NCBI GenBank assembly: GCA_043803945.1
Contig: JAZDJN010000015.1
Coordinates: 1 to 51,579, forward strand
Origin: a bacterium
GTDB lineage: Bacteria > Bacteroidota > Ignavibacteria > UBA10030
Direction of reading: 5' to 3'
Length of the DNA stretch: 51,579 bases
Positions 9,345 through 19,875 of the stretch are shown here, in pieces. Numbering within the stretch: position 1 is the first letter of the stretch; each line of letters starts with the position of its first letter. Under the pieces are notes generated by a model. It had not been told where the DNA came from. It did not search any database and worked only from the letters and a program-made list of their open reading frames with translations. The position numbers were made by a program, and so were the translations under genes.

Positions 9345-10235
9345 CTAAAACCATCCTTTGATAATGTCACCATAGATAATCAATACGCATACAATACAGT
9401 ACGCAGTGATGTTGACCAGCGTCACTGGATCAGTACTTAACAGGTGTGTTGGATTATCATCAGTTTTCTTTTTCCGCATGAGATGAAGGTAACGGAAGAT
9501 TCCGAAGAGGACGAAGACTGTTGTAAAAATCAGATTTTCCGTACCAAACATTATTACTGTTCGATCAGCGACAGTGTAGAGAGCATAGGAGATTGCCATT
9601 CCTGCTGCAACAATGGTCATTATCTGATCAATAAATTCGACTTCATATTCCCTTAAGACAGGCCGCCCCGCATACTCCTCTGAGTTCTTGACCAGCAGCA
9701 ATTCCCCGCGTCGCTTCGAGATAGCGAGGAAGAGTGAAATAAAGAGCGTGCACAGGATCAACCAATGCGATACCTCCACATCGATAGCAAACGCGCCGGC
9801 CAGTACTCTCAGCATAAATCCTGAGGCTACCAGAAACACATCCAGCAGGAAGACTTTCTTGAGGGAGAAAGAATATGCAAGATTCAATAGAAGATAGACA
9901 CCGCCAACGATCATGAACTTACCAGGCAGCATCAGAGAACACAGTATCACCAGGACCAGAAGAGTGACAGCGATAAGTATTCCCTGGGTGACAGAGATGA
10001 TACCCGTTGCGATGGGACGATTGCGTTTCGTTGGATGAAGCTTATCTGCTTCACGATCGGCAAGATCGTTCAGGACATAGACTGTGCTGGAGAGTAAGGA
10101 AAAGACAACGAACGCCTGTCCGGCCGTTGCGACATAGGAAAGTTCAAACAAATGTTTTGAAAAGATCAACGGTGCGAAGAGAAAAAAATTCTTCAACCAT
10201 TGTGCCGGACGGATGAGATTAACGACGGCACGCAT
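9345..10235 (-). CDS. UbiA-family prenyltransferase (decaprenyl-phosphate phosphoribosyltransferase-like)
   Basis: RPAQWLKN, YVLNDLADREADKLHPTKRNRPIA, KRRGE. Confidence 0.88.
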   Translation of the reverse strand: MRAVVNLIRPAQWLKNFFLFAPLIFSKHLFELSYVATAGQAFVVFSLLSSTVYVLNDLADREADKLHPTKRNRPIATGIISVTQGILIAVTLLVLVILCSLMLPGKFMIVGGVYLLLNLAYSFSLKKVFLLDVFLVASGFMLRVLAGAFAIDVEVSHWLILCTLFISLFLAISKRRGELLLVKNSEEYAGRPVLREYEVEFIDQIMTIVAAGMAISYALYTVADRTVIMFGTENLIFTTVFVLFGIFRYLHLMRKKKTDDNPTHLLSTDPVTLVNITAYCIVCVLIIYGDIIKGWF

Positions 10236-10267
10236 CTGATTCTTCCTCCATTTGTCCAGAGGGAATA

Positions 10268-11932
10268 TTAAAAGACTGCCGGTTCTTCATAGACCCCATA
10301 CACTTCTGCCAATTTCTGACACATTTCACCTAACGTCACATACGCGCGGGTGCAGTGCAAGAGGTACGGCAGTAGATTCTTCTGATCGGCAGCCGCTTGT
10401 CGCAGTTCGGTGAGGCATTTTTCTACCGCTTGAGTGTTTCGAGACTGACGCACATCGGCAAGGCGTTTGCGCTGTTTCACCTCCACCTCCGGGGAAATCA
10501 CAAGAATTGGAATATCAATGGAATGATTCTCTTCGACAAAATCGTTCATACCGACAATGATTTTCTCTTTGAGATCGAGCTCACGTTGATACCGGTATGC
10601 AGCATCAGCGATCTCCCTCTGGAAAAATCCAGCTTCAATCGCTGGAATAACTCCGCCATATACCTCAATTTGTTGGAAATAGTGCTCTGCCTCTTCCTCC
10701 AATTTTGTTGTCAATGCCTCCACATAATAACTTCCGGCAAGTGGATCGATGGTGTTTGCTACACCGGTCTCATAGGCCAGAATTTGCTGTGTACGGAGAG
10801 CTATCTTGACCGCTTTCTCTGATGGCAAAGCAAGTGTCTCATCCATCGAATTGGTATGGAGGGATTGCGTTCCACCGAGAACGCCCGCGAGAGCTTCAAA
10901 CGCAGTGCGGATAATGTTATTCTCTGGTTGTTGCGCGGTCAGAGAGCAGCCCGCTGTCTGAGTGTGAAACCGGAGCATCATCGACCGCGGATTTTTCGCT
11001 CCATAGTTATTCTTCAATCGCTTGGCCCAGATTCTCCGAGCAGCACGATACTTGGCAATCTCCTCAAAAAAATCAATGTGTGCATTGAAGAAGAACGAGA
11101 TCCTAGGGACAAATTCATCAACATGAAGTCCCCGCTCTAAACCTGCCTCAACGTAAGCAAAACCGTCGGCAAGAGTAAATGCCAGTTCCTGCGCTGCAGT
11201 GGATCCTGCTTCACGAATATGATAGCCGCTCACCGAAATCGGATTCCACTGGGGCACCTCCTTATTGAGGTATTCAAACATATCCACAATCAGGTTCATA
11301 TGCGGCTTGGGTGGATAAATCCATTCCTTCTGTGCGATGTACTCTTTCAGAATATCAGTCTGGGTTGTTCCGCGAAGTTTCTTGAAATCAATTCCTTGCT
11401 TCTCGGCAACAGCAAGATAAAATGCCATCATCATCGCTGCCGGTGCGTTAATTGTCATCGAGGTCGATATTTCAGCGAGATTGATACCGGTAAAGAGAAT
11501 CTCCATATCAGCCAGCGAACTGACCGCAACACCGCAAATTCCGACCTCCCCCTCTGACACGGCATCATCCGCATCCCGGCCCATAAGTGTCGGAAGATCG
11601 AATGCCACTGATAAGCCTGTCTGCCCATGCGAAAGAAGATAATGGTACCGTTCATTGGTATCTTCGGGCGTACCGAAGCCCGCAAACTGGCGCATCGTCC
11701 AGAGCTTACCCCGGTACCCTGTTGGGTGGATACCGCGCGTATAGGGAAATTGGCCCGGGTACGTGATATCATTCAAAAAATCAATCTGCTGCAAATCGAC
11801 AGGCGTGTAGAGCATTTTGATCTCTTCATCACTCAGCGATGTAAATTTCGCTTCGCGCAATCTCCCGCTCGACTGTACGGACTCTTCCCATCGCCTCTTA
11901 GCATCTCTCGTTCTTTCATCCATCCTCGCCAT
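10268..11932 (-). CDS. Acyl-CoA mutase large subunit; residues indicate isobutyryl-CoA mutase (IcmA) type
   Basis: [47 protein letters not shown]; no B12-binding domain. Confidence 0.9.
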   Translation of the reverse strand: MARMDERTRDAKRRWEESVQSSGRLREAKFTSLSDEEIKMLYTPVDLQQIDFLNDITYPGQFPYTRGIHPTGYRGKLWTMRQFAGFGTPEDTNERYHYLLSHGQTGLSVAFDLPTLMGRDADDAVSEGEVGICGVAVSSLADMEILFTGINLAEISTSMTINAPAAMMMAFYLAVAEKQGIDFKKLRGTTQTDILKEYIAQKEWIYPPKPHMNLIVDMFEYLNKEVPQWNPISVSGYHIREAGSTAAQELAFTLADGFAYVEAGLERGLHVDEFVPRISFFFNAHIDFFEEIAKYRAARRIWAKRLKNNYGAKNPRSMMLRFHTQTAGCSLTAQQPENNIIRTAFEALAGVLGGTQSLHTNSMDETLALPSEKAVKIALRTQQILAYETGVANTIDPLAGSYYVEALTTKLEEEAEHYFQQIEVYGGVIPAIEAGFFQREIADAAYRYQRELDLKEKIIVGMNDFVEENHSIDIPILVISPEVEVKQRKRLADVRQSRNTQAVEKCLTELRQAAADQKNLLPYLLHCTRAYVTLGEMCQKLAEVYGVYEEPAVF

Positions 11933-11947
11933 TCTCCTCTTTCTCTC

Positions 11948-13861
11948 TTATGCTCTGCCAAACCGCTTGTCTAGTTCGTCAATTGATATTTTCACAACGA
12001 TTGGCCTGCCATGGGGACAGACGTACGGCATTGTTGTTGCAAAGAGCTGGTCAATCAACTCGATCATCTCCGAGGTATTCAACCTGTCACCCGCCTTAAT
12101 CGCTGCCTTGCATGCAAAGGACTTCGCAACCCGGTCACGTGAGTCGAGTGCCTGATTATGTTCATTGTTCTTGAATTCGTCAAGGACCTCCTGGAGTATT
12201 TTCGCCTCGTTGCCCAACTGGACATCGGAAGGAATGCCTTCAATCACCACCGTATTCTTGCCAAAGAGTTTTAAATCGAATCCGATCTTTTCAAGTTCCG
12301 GTTGAATTTCCTTGACGAGGCTGTATTCACTTGCACTCAACTGAACGGTGTGGGGGAAGAGCAACTGTTGCACCGTCGGGAGTGTGTTGCTGAAATTCGC
12401 CAGTACACGTTCGTAGAGAATCCTTTCATGAGCGACATGTTGATCGACAATCAACAATCCCGTTCTGATCTGCGAAAGAATATACTTGTTATGCACCTGC
12501 CAGATTGCGCGTGATTCCTGCGAGCTCTCCACCCCATGGCCTGGACGAATAGGCCGATGTTGAAGCAACTGTTCACGTTGACTGACGGGGGGATGCTCGA
12601 CGCTATCGACAAATGTTGCTTCTCCATCCTTCTCGAGCTTCACCGGCTGCTGCGGCCGTTGTTGACCGGCGAGTTGTTGTTCAATACGCCCGAAGAGTTG
12701 TCCGAGGGAAACATTTTTTCCGTGAAACGGAACCGACTGCTGGCTGTGTTGACCCTCGGGTTCTCGCTGCATCTCTGCGCTGGATTGATCCGTTGCAGGC
12801 TGAGAGAATTGCAGCCGATTTTCCATCGTTGGTCCGGCGATTTCTTCTCGAAATGATAATGACGGTATCAAATCACTTTCCGTCAGGGCGGTCTTTATCG
12901 AAGCAAGGACAAATCGATACACGCTTGATTCATCCGCGAATTTTATTTCCATCTTTGACGGATGAACATTGACGTCGACACGGTGTGGATCAAGCGTCAG
13001 GTTCAGAATAAAGAACGGGAATTTCCCGCTCTCAAGCATGTGCTCATAGGCTTGATACACAGCATGATTGATCGCCCTGTTCACAACAAACCGTTTATTG
13101 ACATAAAGGAATTGTTCTGCACGGTTCTTGCGGGCAATCGCTGGTGCACCGGCATATCCTTCCAGCGAAAGAATGTCGTTTGCAGAACGGACGGAGGCCA
13201 GCGAAGTATAAAATTTTTCACCGAATAACTCTCTCACACGCTCCTTCTGCGAGGAGGGTTTTGCATCGAGGAGGACTTCATCGTCGCTGATGTAAAGCCA
13301 CGAAATGTCCGGATGAATCAGAGAAAACCGGGTAACGACATCGGTGATATTCTTCAACTCGGTTGTCGCTGTCTTCAGAAAATTTCTCCGGCCTGGGGTG
13401 TTGAAAAAAAGATTTTTGACGGTGATGGACGTGCCGCGTTCCATCCCCGTTTTCGATTGTTCGAGAAGCTTGCTCCCTTCGATCCGAAGAAGCGTCCCTA
13501 CCTCCTCAATGTCCTGACGTGTTTTCAACTCAACCTGTGCCACGGCAGCAATTGACGCCAGAGCTTCTCCACGGAATCCGAGTGTCCGGATTGCTTCCAG
13601 ATCTTCGGCTTGCGTAATTTTGCTTGTGGCATGGCGTTCAAATGCCAGCACGGCATCGTCGCCGGCGATGCCGTCACCATCATCGACAATTTGGATAAAT
13701 GATTTCCCGGCATCCTTAATAATGACGCGAACATGCTTTGCATGAGCATCGAGCGCATTTTCAATTAATTCCTTTACTGCCGACGCCGGCCGTTGCACTA
13801 CTTCACCGGCCGCGATTTTGTTCGATAGATCAGGAGTCAATATGTGGATCTTTGATGCCAA
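11948..13861 (-). CDS. mutL: DNA mismatch repair endonuclease MutL
   Basis: IAAGEVV, GFRGEALASI, DVNVHPSK, DQHVAHERILYE, CPHGRP. Confidence 0.98.
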   Translation of the reverse strand: MASKIHILTPDLSNKIAAGEVVQRPASAVKELIENALDAHAKHVRVIIKDAGKSFIQIVDDGDGIAGDDAVLAFERHATSKITQAEDLEAIRTLGFRGEALASIAAVAQVELKTRQDIEEVGTLLRIEGSKLLEQSKTGMERGTSITVKNLFFNTPGRRNFLKTATTELKNITDVVTRFSLIHPDISWLYISDDEVLLDAKPSSQKERVRELFGEKFYTSLASVRSANDILSLEGYAGAPAIARKNRAEQFLYVNKRFVVNRAINHAVYQAYEHMLESGKFPFFILNLTLDPHRVDVNVHPSKMEIKFADESSVYRFVLASIKTALTESDLIPSLSFREEIAGPTMENRLQFSQPATDQSSAEMQREPEGQHSQQSVPFHGKNVSLGQLFGRIEQQLAGQQRPQQPVKLEKDGEATFVDSVEHPPVSQREQLLQHRPIRPGHGVESSQESRAIWQVHNKYILSQIRTGLLIVDQHVAHERILYERVLANFSNTLPTVQQLLFPHTVQLSASEYSLVKEIQPELEKIGFDLKLFGKNTVVIEGIPSDVQLGNEAKILQEVLDEFKNNEHNQALDSRDRVAKSFACKAAIKAGDRLNTSEMIELIDQLFATTMPYVCPHGRPIVVKISIDELDKRFGRA

Positions 13862-13864
13862 CGC

Positions 13865-14887
13865 TCACCCCTCATTTCTTGGCACTGCACCAATGCCCGG
13901 CCGATCCGGCAGCATCAATCTTCCCTCCACCACCCGTACTCCGTCGAAAGGATCATTGGAGATCAGGATATGGCCATCCAGGTCAGCATAATCGACCAAA
14001 GGAGAGAATTGGGCTGCCGCAGAAATGCCGACAGAAGTCTCGATCATACAACCAGTCATTATTTTCAAACCGCATGCCCGCGCGGTATGCACCATTTTCA
14101 GTGCTTCGCGCAAACCGGTACATTTCATTAATTTTATATTAATGCCGTCGAATACACCTTGTAATGATGGAACATCGTGCAACCTGACAGAGTTCTCATC
14201 GGCGATCAGAGGAAGATTGACCCGCTCTCGCACCCACGCCGTGCCAGCAAGATCATGCGCAGGCATCGGCTGCTCGACAAATTCCACTCCCTCCTGCTCC
14301 AGCCACTGAATTCTCTCGACAGCCAACTCGCGCGTTTTCCATCCCTCATTGGCATCGACCCGCAGTGTTTTTTTTGTCATTGCCCGGATTGTCCGTATAA
14401 TTTCTGTATCGTGATCGCCGCCGAGTTTTATTTTCAGGATTGGGTATTCCTCAGCTTCACGGACTTTTTTCTCTATCATTTCCGGAGTATCGATACCAAT
14501 CGTGAAGGAAGTCATTGGCGTTCGGTGTTTATCGAGTCCCCAATACCGATAGAGCGGGATGTTCAGTTTCTTACCGATCCAATCATGCAATGCCAGATCC
14601 AGAGCGGCTTTTGCCGACGTATTTCCAGTCGCGTGAGTATCCACATAGGTCAGGATCGCTTCCAGATCAAATGGATCGTTGAATCGCGAAAGATCAAGTT
14701 GTGAGAAGAATGTTTCAACTGTTTGTATTGTCTCGCCGTAGCGTACTAATGGCGACGCCTCTCCAATTCCGACAATCCCTTCATGGTCAAGTTGAAGGAG
14801 AATGATATCGTGGTGATCACGCGACCCCCGAGAAATGGTAAAGGTGTGTTTCAATTTCAGGGAGAATCGTTTCAGAGTGATCTTCAT
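13865..14887 (-). CDS. Dipeptide (L-Ala-D/L-Glu) epimerase, enolase superfamily
   Basis: KIKLG, DANEGW, EQP, DE, NIKLMK and DLDG motifs. Confidence 0.9.
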   Translation of the reverse strand: MKITLKRFSLKLKHTFTISRGSRDHHDIILLQLDHEGIVGIGEASPLVRYGETIQTVETFFSQLDLSRFNDPFDLEAILTYVDTHATGNTSAKAALDLALHDWIGKKLNIPLYRYWGLDKHRTPMTSFTIGIDTPEMIEKKVREAEEYPILKIKLGGDHDTEIIRTIRAMTKKTLRVDANEGWKTRELAVERIQWLEQEGVEFVEQPMPAHDLAGTAWVRERVNLPLIADENSVRLHDVPSLQGVFDGINIKLMKCTGLREALKMVHTARACGLKIMTGCMIETSVGISAAAQFSPLVDYADLDGHILISNDPFDGVRVVEGRLMLPDRPGIGAVPRNEG

Positions 14888-14908
14888 AGTCTGATTTGAG
14901 AGTGTTGA

Positions 14909-15850
14909 TCAGGTACGTTCAAAGAGGGCGTCGACAAAGGCTCTCCGGTCAAACGGCTGCAGGTCTTCAATCGATTCACCGACCCCGATAAATTTAACCG
15001 GTACATTCAGTTCATGGGTTATGGCGAGGACGATACCACCTTTTGCAGTCCCATCAAGTTTTGTCAGGACGATGCCGGTAATCGGTACACTTTGCATGAA
15101 CTGTTTGACTTGCTGCAATCCGTTCTGCCCCGTCGTTGCATCCAGCACGAGCAGCACTTCATGAGGGGCCCCTTCAAGCCGCTTTGTAAGGACCCGGCTG
15201 ATTTTTTTCAACTCTTCCATTAAATTAACTTTTGTATGAAGCCGGCCGGCGGTATCGATAATCAATGCATCGGCCTGTTTTGCAATTGCCGAGCTTAACG
15301 AATCGAATGCAACAGCAGCTGGATCCGCCCCATGGTTCTGCTGGACAATCTCCACACCTGCCCGTTCTGCCCAGATTTCCAGTTGCTCATTTGCGGCTGC
15401 ACGAAAGGTATCCGCTGCACCGATAACAACTTTATAACCGGCAACACGATAATTGTGTGCCAATTTTCCAATCGTCGTCGTTTTTCCTACACCGTTTACA
15501 CCTACCACCATGATGACAAACGGTCGTGGAGCTGCAGGAAGAGTGATTTCAGTTGTGCTGGTTTCCCCATTCACATGAAGAATCTTTGCAATTTCATCCT
15601 TCAAAAGAAGATTCAACTGGGTGATGTCCTGATAATTATCCTCTTTCACGCGTCGTTTGATGCTATCGAGTATATGTTGGGTTGTATCGACGCCGACATC
15701 AGCACTCAAAAGAATTTCTTCCAATCCGTTCAGGGTCTCGGTATCAATCGTGCTTTTGGACTGTACTAATTGTGCGACTTTCGAGAAAAGAGAGTCGCGT
15801 GTCTTTGTCAGTCCTTCCTTCAGTTTTTTAAAAGCGCCACTCAACAACAT
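14909..15850 (-). CDS. ftsY: Signal recognition particle receptor FtsY
   Basis: GVNGVGKTTT, DTFRAAA, DTAGR, TKLDGTAKGG. Confidence 0.98.
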   Translation of the reverse strand: MLLSGAFKKLKEGLTKTRDSLFSKVAQLVQSKSTIDTETLNGLEEILLSADVGVDTTQHILDSIKRRVKEDNYQDITQLNLLLKDEIAKILHVNGETSTTEITLPAAPRPFVIMVVGVNGVGKTTTIGKLAHNYRVAGYKVVIGAADTFRAAANEQLEIWAERAGVEIVQQNHGADPAAVAFDSLSSAIAKQADALIIDTAGRLHTKVNLMEELKKISRVLTKRLEGAPHEVLLVLDATTGQNGLQQVKQFMQSVPITGIVLTKLDGTAKGGIVLAITHELNVPVKFIGVGESIEDLQPFDRRAFVDALFERT

Positions 15851-16410
15851 CGATTAGATTCCTTTTTTTGAACCTGAACACCAATAAATAATCGCTGCAT
15901 GTATGACACGAGCGAGATTATGATCATTACTATACTCAACCAGAGTGCTATCATCTTCTCTGATTCGAGCGACGGCATCTGAAGAACTGCAAACAGCATG
16001 TAAACGGCAATGACCGACACTGCGATCTTCCCAGGCCAGTTCGACTGAGGAGTGATATTTTTTTTCTTTTTGATGTATAAGCCGCCGGCGAGAATGAGCA
16101 AATCGCGCAACACCACCACCGTCATAAACCAGAAAGGGATGTCGCCATTGATCACCAGCATGATCACCACACTGCCGATGCCGATTTTATCGGCGAGCGG
16201 ATCGATTAGTTTTCCCAATTCAGAGACCTGATGCAGCCGTCGTGCCAGGTATCCATCCAAAAAATCTGTTATCACACAGAGAATGAGGAGGCCTGCAACC
16301 CAAAAGCGTTTCTCCGGGAGATCGGAAAAAAGACTGTACGCGATCGGGAAGAGCAGAATTACGCGGCTGATACTGAGGAAATTCGAAATTGTCCAAACCT
16401 TATTCAGCAT
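15841..16410 (-). CDS. pgsA: CDP-alcohol phosphatidyltransferase (PgsA-like)
   Basis: TDFLDGYLARR...GKLIDPLADK signature. Confidence 0.88.
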   Translation of the reverse strand: MLNKVWTISNFLSISRVILLFPIAYSLFSDLPEKRFWVAGLLILCVITDFLDGYLARRLHQVSELGKLIDPLADKIGIGSVVIMLVINGDIPFWFMTVVVLRDLLILAGGLYIKKKKNITPQSNWPGKIAVSVIAVYMLFAVLQMPSLESEKMIALWLSIVMIIISLVSYMQRLFIGVQVQKKESNRCC

Positions 16411-17930
16411 CAGGTATCGTTCGCATCCTTCAGGATTTCTTTTTCAATCGGGACAGGATATTCTCCACTGAAACACGCTGTACAGAAGTGCGCACCATGT
16501 TCTTTCGGTGCTGCCTCGAGGAGATTTTCAAGAGTCAGGTAGGCCAGGGTATCAACACCCAATTCCTGCCGGATCTTTTCAACATCACTCTCACAGCGGT
16601 TAGCGATTAACTCCTGCCTGCTTGGAAAATCCATTCCATAATAACAGGGAAATTTAATCGGAGGTGATGTCACTCGAAAATGAACCTCTTTTGGTTCCGC
16701 TTCCTGGATCAGATGGACTAATTGTCTCGATGTTGTCCCGCGAACAATCGAGTCATCGATAATCACAACCTTCCGCCCTTTGAGGACACCTTTAACCGTA
16801 TTAAATTTCGTTTTGACCTGATTCTCTCGATCATCTTGATCGGGCTGGATGAATGTCCTGCCGACATAATGGCTTCGGATCAAGCCTATCTCCAGTCGCA
16901 CATCATGGCCGAATTTGTTCGCCTCTCTGACATAACCGAGGGTCGCCGTGTTGCTCGAGTCGGGAACACTGATGACAATTACGCGATCATCTTCCCCCTC
17001 TGGAATAACCGGAGCCTGTTGGGCGAGCAGTTTCCCCAACTTTCGACGTACTTTATCGACGCTTTCCCCAAATATTTTACTGTCGGGACGTGAAAAATAG
17101 ATGTATTCAAAAATGCAATGATGGGGACGTTCAGGTTTTTTGGAAACATGATAAGACTTCAGTGTACCGCTTTCAACTCCCTCCTGGTCGATGACAAGAA
17201 TTTCTCCGGGTGCAACTTCGTCGACGTACTCCGCCCCAATAATATCGAAGGCACATGTTTCTGACGCAACGACATACGCATCGTCCTGTGGTGAACCTGA
17301 TTTTGAGCGGATGACACCAAGTGCCAGCGGCCGGAAACCGTAGGGATCGCGAGCCGCGATAAGGCTCGAATCCGTTAAGATTACCAGCGAATACGCTCCT
17401 TCGATCGTATCCAATGCTTCTTTGATCTGAAAAATCTGCGATTCCTTTTTACTCCTTGCAGCGAGGTGGAGGATAAGTTCGCTGTCGGAGGTAGATTGAA
17501 AGATGGTTCCTTCATTTTGGAGTTCAGTGCGGAGCTTCTGGAAATTGGTAAGGTTTCCATTATGCCCAAGTGCAAGATTACCCGCTTTGTAGTTTACAGC
17601 GAAAGGCTGGATGTTTGATCGATTGCCTGAGGAGCCAGTGGTTGAATAACGGTTGTGGCCAATGGCTGATGTACCTCGCAACTGATCTTTCAGAATTGTT
17701 TCATCACGGAAGACATCGGTAACCAGACCAGAAGCTTTGTGAATATTAAATCGCCACTTCTGCTTACCAAGCAGATATTCACTCGTGACGATACCGGCAG
17801 CTTCCTGCCCCCGATGCTGCAACGCATGAAGCCCATAGTAGGTCATTACGGCAGCTTGTGGATGGTTGAAGATGCCAAAAATCCCGCAATGGCAGCGGGG
17901 CTTTCCTTCAATGTTATTCAGCGTGCTCAC
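16410..17930 (-). CDS. purF: Amidophosphoribosyltransferase
   Basis: Propeptide then CGIFG, LQHRGQE, PRPP loop IDDSIVRGTT, Fe-S cysteines (CIFE, CYYG, CTAC). Confidence 0.97.
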   Translation of the reverse strand: MSTLNNIEGKPRCHCGIFGIFNHPQAAVMTYYGLHALQHRGQEAAGIVTSEYLLGKQKWRFNIHKASGLVTDVFRDETILKDQLRGTSAIGHNRYSTTGSSGNRSNIQPFAVNYKAGNLALGHNGNLTNFQKLRTELQNEGTIFQSTSDSELILHLAARSKKESQIFQIKEALDTIEGAYSLVILTDSSLIAARDPYGFRPLALGVIRSKSGSPQDDAYVVASETCAFDIIGAEYVDEVAPGEILVIDQEGVESGTLKSYHVSKKPERPHHCIFEYIYFSRPDSKIFGESVDKVRRKLGKLLAQQAPVIPEGEDDRVIVISVPDSSNTATLGYVREANKFGHDVRLEIGLIRSHYVGRTFIQPDQDDRENQVKTKFNTVKGVLKGRKVVIIDDSIVRGTTSRQLVHLIQEAEPKEVHFRVTSPPIKFPCYYGMDFPSRQELIANRCESDVEKIRQELGVDTLAYLTLENLLEAAPKEHGAHFCTACFSGEYPVPIEKEILKDANDT

Positions 17931-17990
17931 TGATTCAAGGTAAGGAAAAATTGAAGGGCAAACAAGATACTCTCATTCGTTGATTTCCCC

Positions 17991-18020
17991 AAAAAAAACC
18001 TCGGTGAATAACACCGAGGT
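17991..18020 (-). terminator. Intrinsic terminator after argD
   Basis: ACCTCGGTG-loop-CACCGAGGT followed by a run of Ts on the minus strand. Confidence 0.85.
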
Positions 18021-18048
18021 ATGTTTAAGGATCTCTCTTAGTTTGCTC

Positions 18049-19239
18049 CTACTTATGCGCAACTTCCTGAAACACTTTCCTCATTGCTGCAACAAGTTGA
18101 TCACACTGGTCGCGGGTAACGATATAGGGAGGAAGGAAACGAAGAACATTGACATTCGTACAATTCACAAGAAACCCTCTCTCCATTAATGCATCGACGT
18201 ACGGTTGTCCTTCACGAAAGAGCTCAATACCCAGCATACAGCCCAGGCCGCGCACCTCTTTGATGAATGCAGGAAATTCTTTTTGTAATTGGAGGAAGGA
18301 TTGTTTCAGGTACTCGCCGATTTCGCCAGCGTGGATCATAAGGCCGCTGTCAAGCACTGCATTCATAACAGCGATTCCTGCTGCGCAAGCTACAGGATTT
18401 CCTCCGAACGTTGTTCCATGGACCCCGTAGGTAAATACTTCGGCAACCCGTTCATTACCCAGGATGGCTCCCAATGGCAATCCTCCACCGATTGCCTTTG
18501 CAATGACAGCGATATCTGGTTGGATATTGAAATGCTCAAAGCCGAAAAATTTTCCTGTACGCCCGATTCCAGATTGAATCTCATCTGCAATAATCAGGAA
18601 TCCAAATTGGTCGCGGAGTTTTTTAAGCTCGTCGACGTACTCGGCATTGACCATGCAAATGCCTCCCTCACCCTGAATAAACTCAAGGATCACACCAAGA
18701 GTTTGTTCGTTCACCGCACTTCGAAGCTCCTGCACATCATTGTGTTTGATACTCCCCATGTTTTCAAGAAAGGGCTCATAGCCATCTTTGTACTTCGGCT
18801 TATCCATAAGGGATAAGGGCCCGTAGGTTCTCCCATGAAATGCATTGGAGAGTGCAAGTAATTTCGTTTTCCCCTGTTCCTTCCCCCACTTCCGCGCGAG
18901 TTTGATTGCACCTTCAACAGCCTCAGTTCCGCTGTTCGAGAAAAAGATACGGTTGAAACCGGAGGCGGAAATAATTTTCTCCGCGAGCAATATCTGGGTT
19001 TCCTGGATGAAATAATTCGACAGGTGATTATATTTCTGTGCCTGGTCAATAATGGCCTGTGTCACCGTTGGATAATTGTAACCCAGGGCATTCACGGCGA
19101 GCCCCCCGAAAAAATCAAGGTATTGCTTCCCCTTTCGATCGAAGAGCAGAGGTCCTTCTCCTCTTTCGATCTCGACGCTCAATCGCTTATAGGTGTGAAA
19201 GAAATAACGCTGTTCTTGTTCACTCAGTGATTCTAGCAT
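18049..19239 (-). CDS. argD: Acetylornithine aminotransferase (class III PLP)
   Basis: FSNSGTEA, FHGRT, EFIQGEGG, DEIQSG, AKAIGGG, HGTTFGGNP. Confidence 0.92.
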   Translation of the reverse strand: MLESLSEQEQRYFFHTYKRLSVEIERGEGPLLFDRKGKQYLDFFGGLAVNALGYNYPTVTQAIIDQAQKYNHLSNYFIQETQILLAEKIISASGFNRIFFSNSGTEAVEGAIKLARKWGKEQGKTKLLALSNAFHGRTYGPLSLMDKPKYKDGYEPFLENMGSIKHNDVQELRSAVNEQTLGVILEFIQGEGGICMVNAEYVDELKKLRDQFGFLIIADEIQSGIGRTGKFFGFEHFNIQPDIAVIAKAIGGGLPLGAILGNERVAEVFTYGVHGTTFGGNPVACAAGIAVMNAVLDSGLMIHAGEIGEYLKQSFLQLQKEFPAFIKEVRGLGCMLGIELFREGQPYVDALMERGFLVNCTNVNVLRFLPPYIVTRDQCDQLVAAMRKVFQEVAHK

Positions 19240-19850
19240 GAGCTTGCCTCTGCGGATAAGGAACTAAAAAGTTTATGAAGGAACAGTACTTTTGAACGGA
19301 GTGCCTGCTTCGTACTGTCATTCTGAATGATGAAATCAGCCAGTGCTCGTTTTTTCTTGACACTCCATTGTGCCTTCATTCGTGCTGTGACTTCTTTTTG
19401 ACTGACCGCATCCCGAGCTCTGACACGTTCCATACGGAGTTTCACCGGACTATCGACGACAACCACATAATCCAATTGTTTCTCAAGTCCTGCTTCATAA
19501 ATCAATGCCGCCTCCACTATGGTGTAGAGGATATTTTCTAGAGATAAAATCTTTGCGATCTGGAGGATTTTCTTCTCGACCTTTGGGTGTACGAGATTAT
19601 TGAGACGCTTTTTTAATCGTGAGTTCGAGAACACTCTTGAAGCAACGAAACGCCGATTGAGAGCGCCAGAAGGTAAGTAGGCATCTTTGCCGAGAAGTGA
19701 GATTATGTTCCTTTGAAGTTGATGATCGGAAACCATCAACTCTTTCGCGAGAGGATCGGCAGAAATTAGAGGCACACTAAGATGCGCAAACATCGAGCAT
19801 ACCAGTGATTTACCACTCCCAATTCCTCCTGTCACGCCAATAAGCAGCAT
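19233..19850 (-). CDS. coaE: Dephospho-CoA kinase
   Basis: GVTGGIGSGKS, LNNLVHP, ADFIIQN. Confidence 0.96.
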   Translation of the reverse strand: MLLIGVTGGIGSGKSLVCSMFAHLSVPLISADPLAKELMVSDHQLQRNIISLLGKDAYLPSGALNRRFVASRVFSNSRLKKRLNNLVHPKVEKKILQIAKILSLENILYTIVEAALIYEAGLEKQLDYVVVVDSPVKLRMERVRARDAVSQKEVTARMKAQWSVKKKRALADFIIQNDSTKQALRSKVLFLHKLFSSLSAEASSC

Positions 19851-19875
19851 TCAAGCTCCTGCTGTTCGTGTTACA

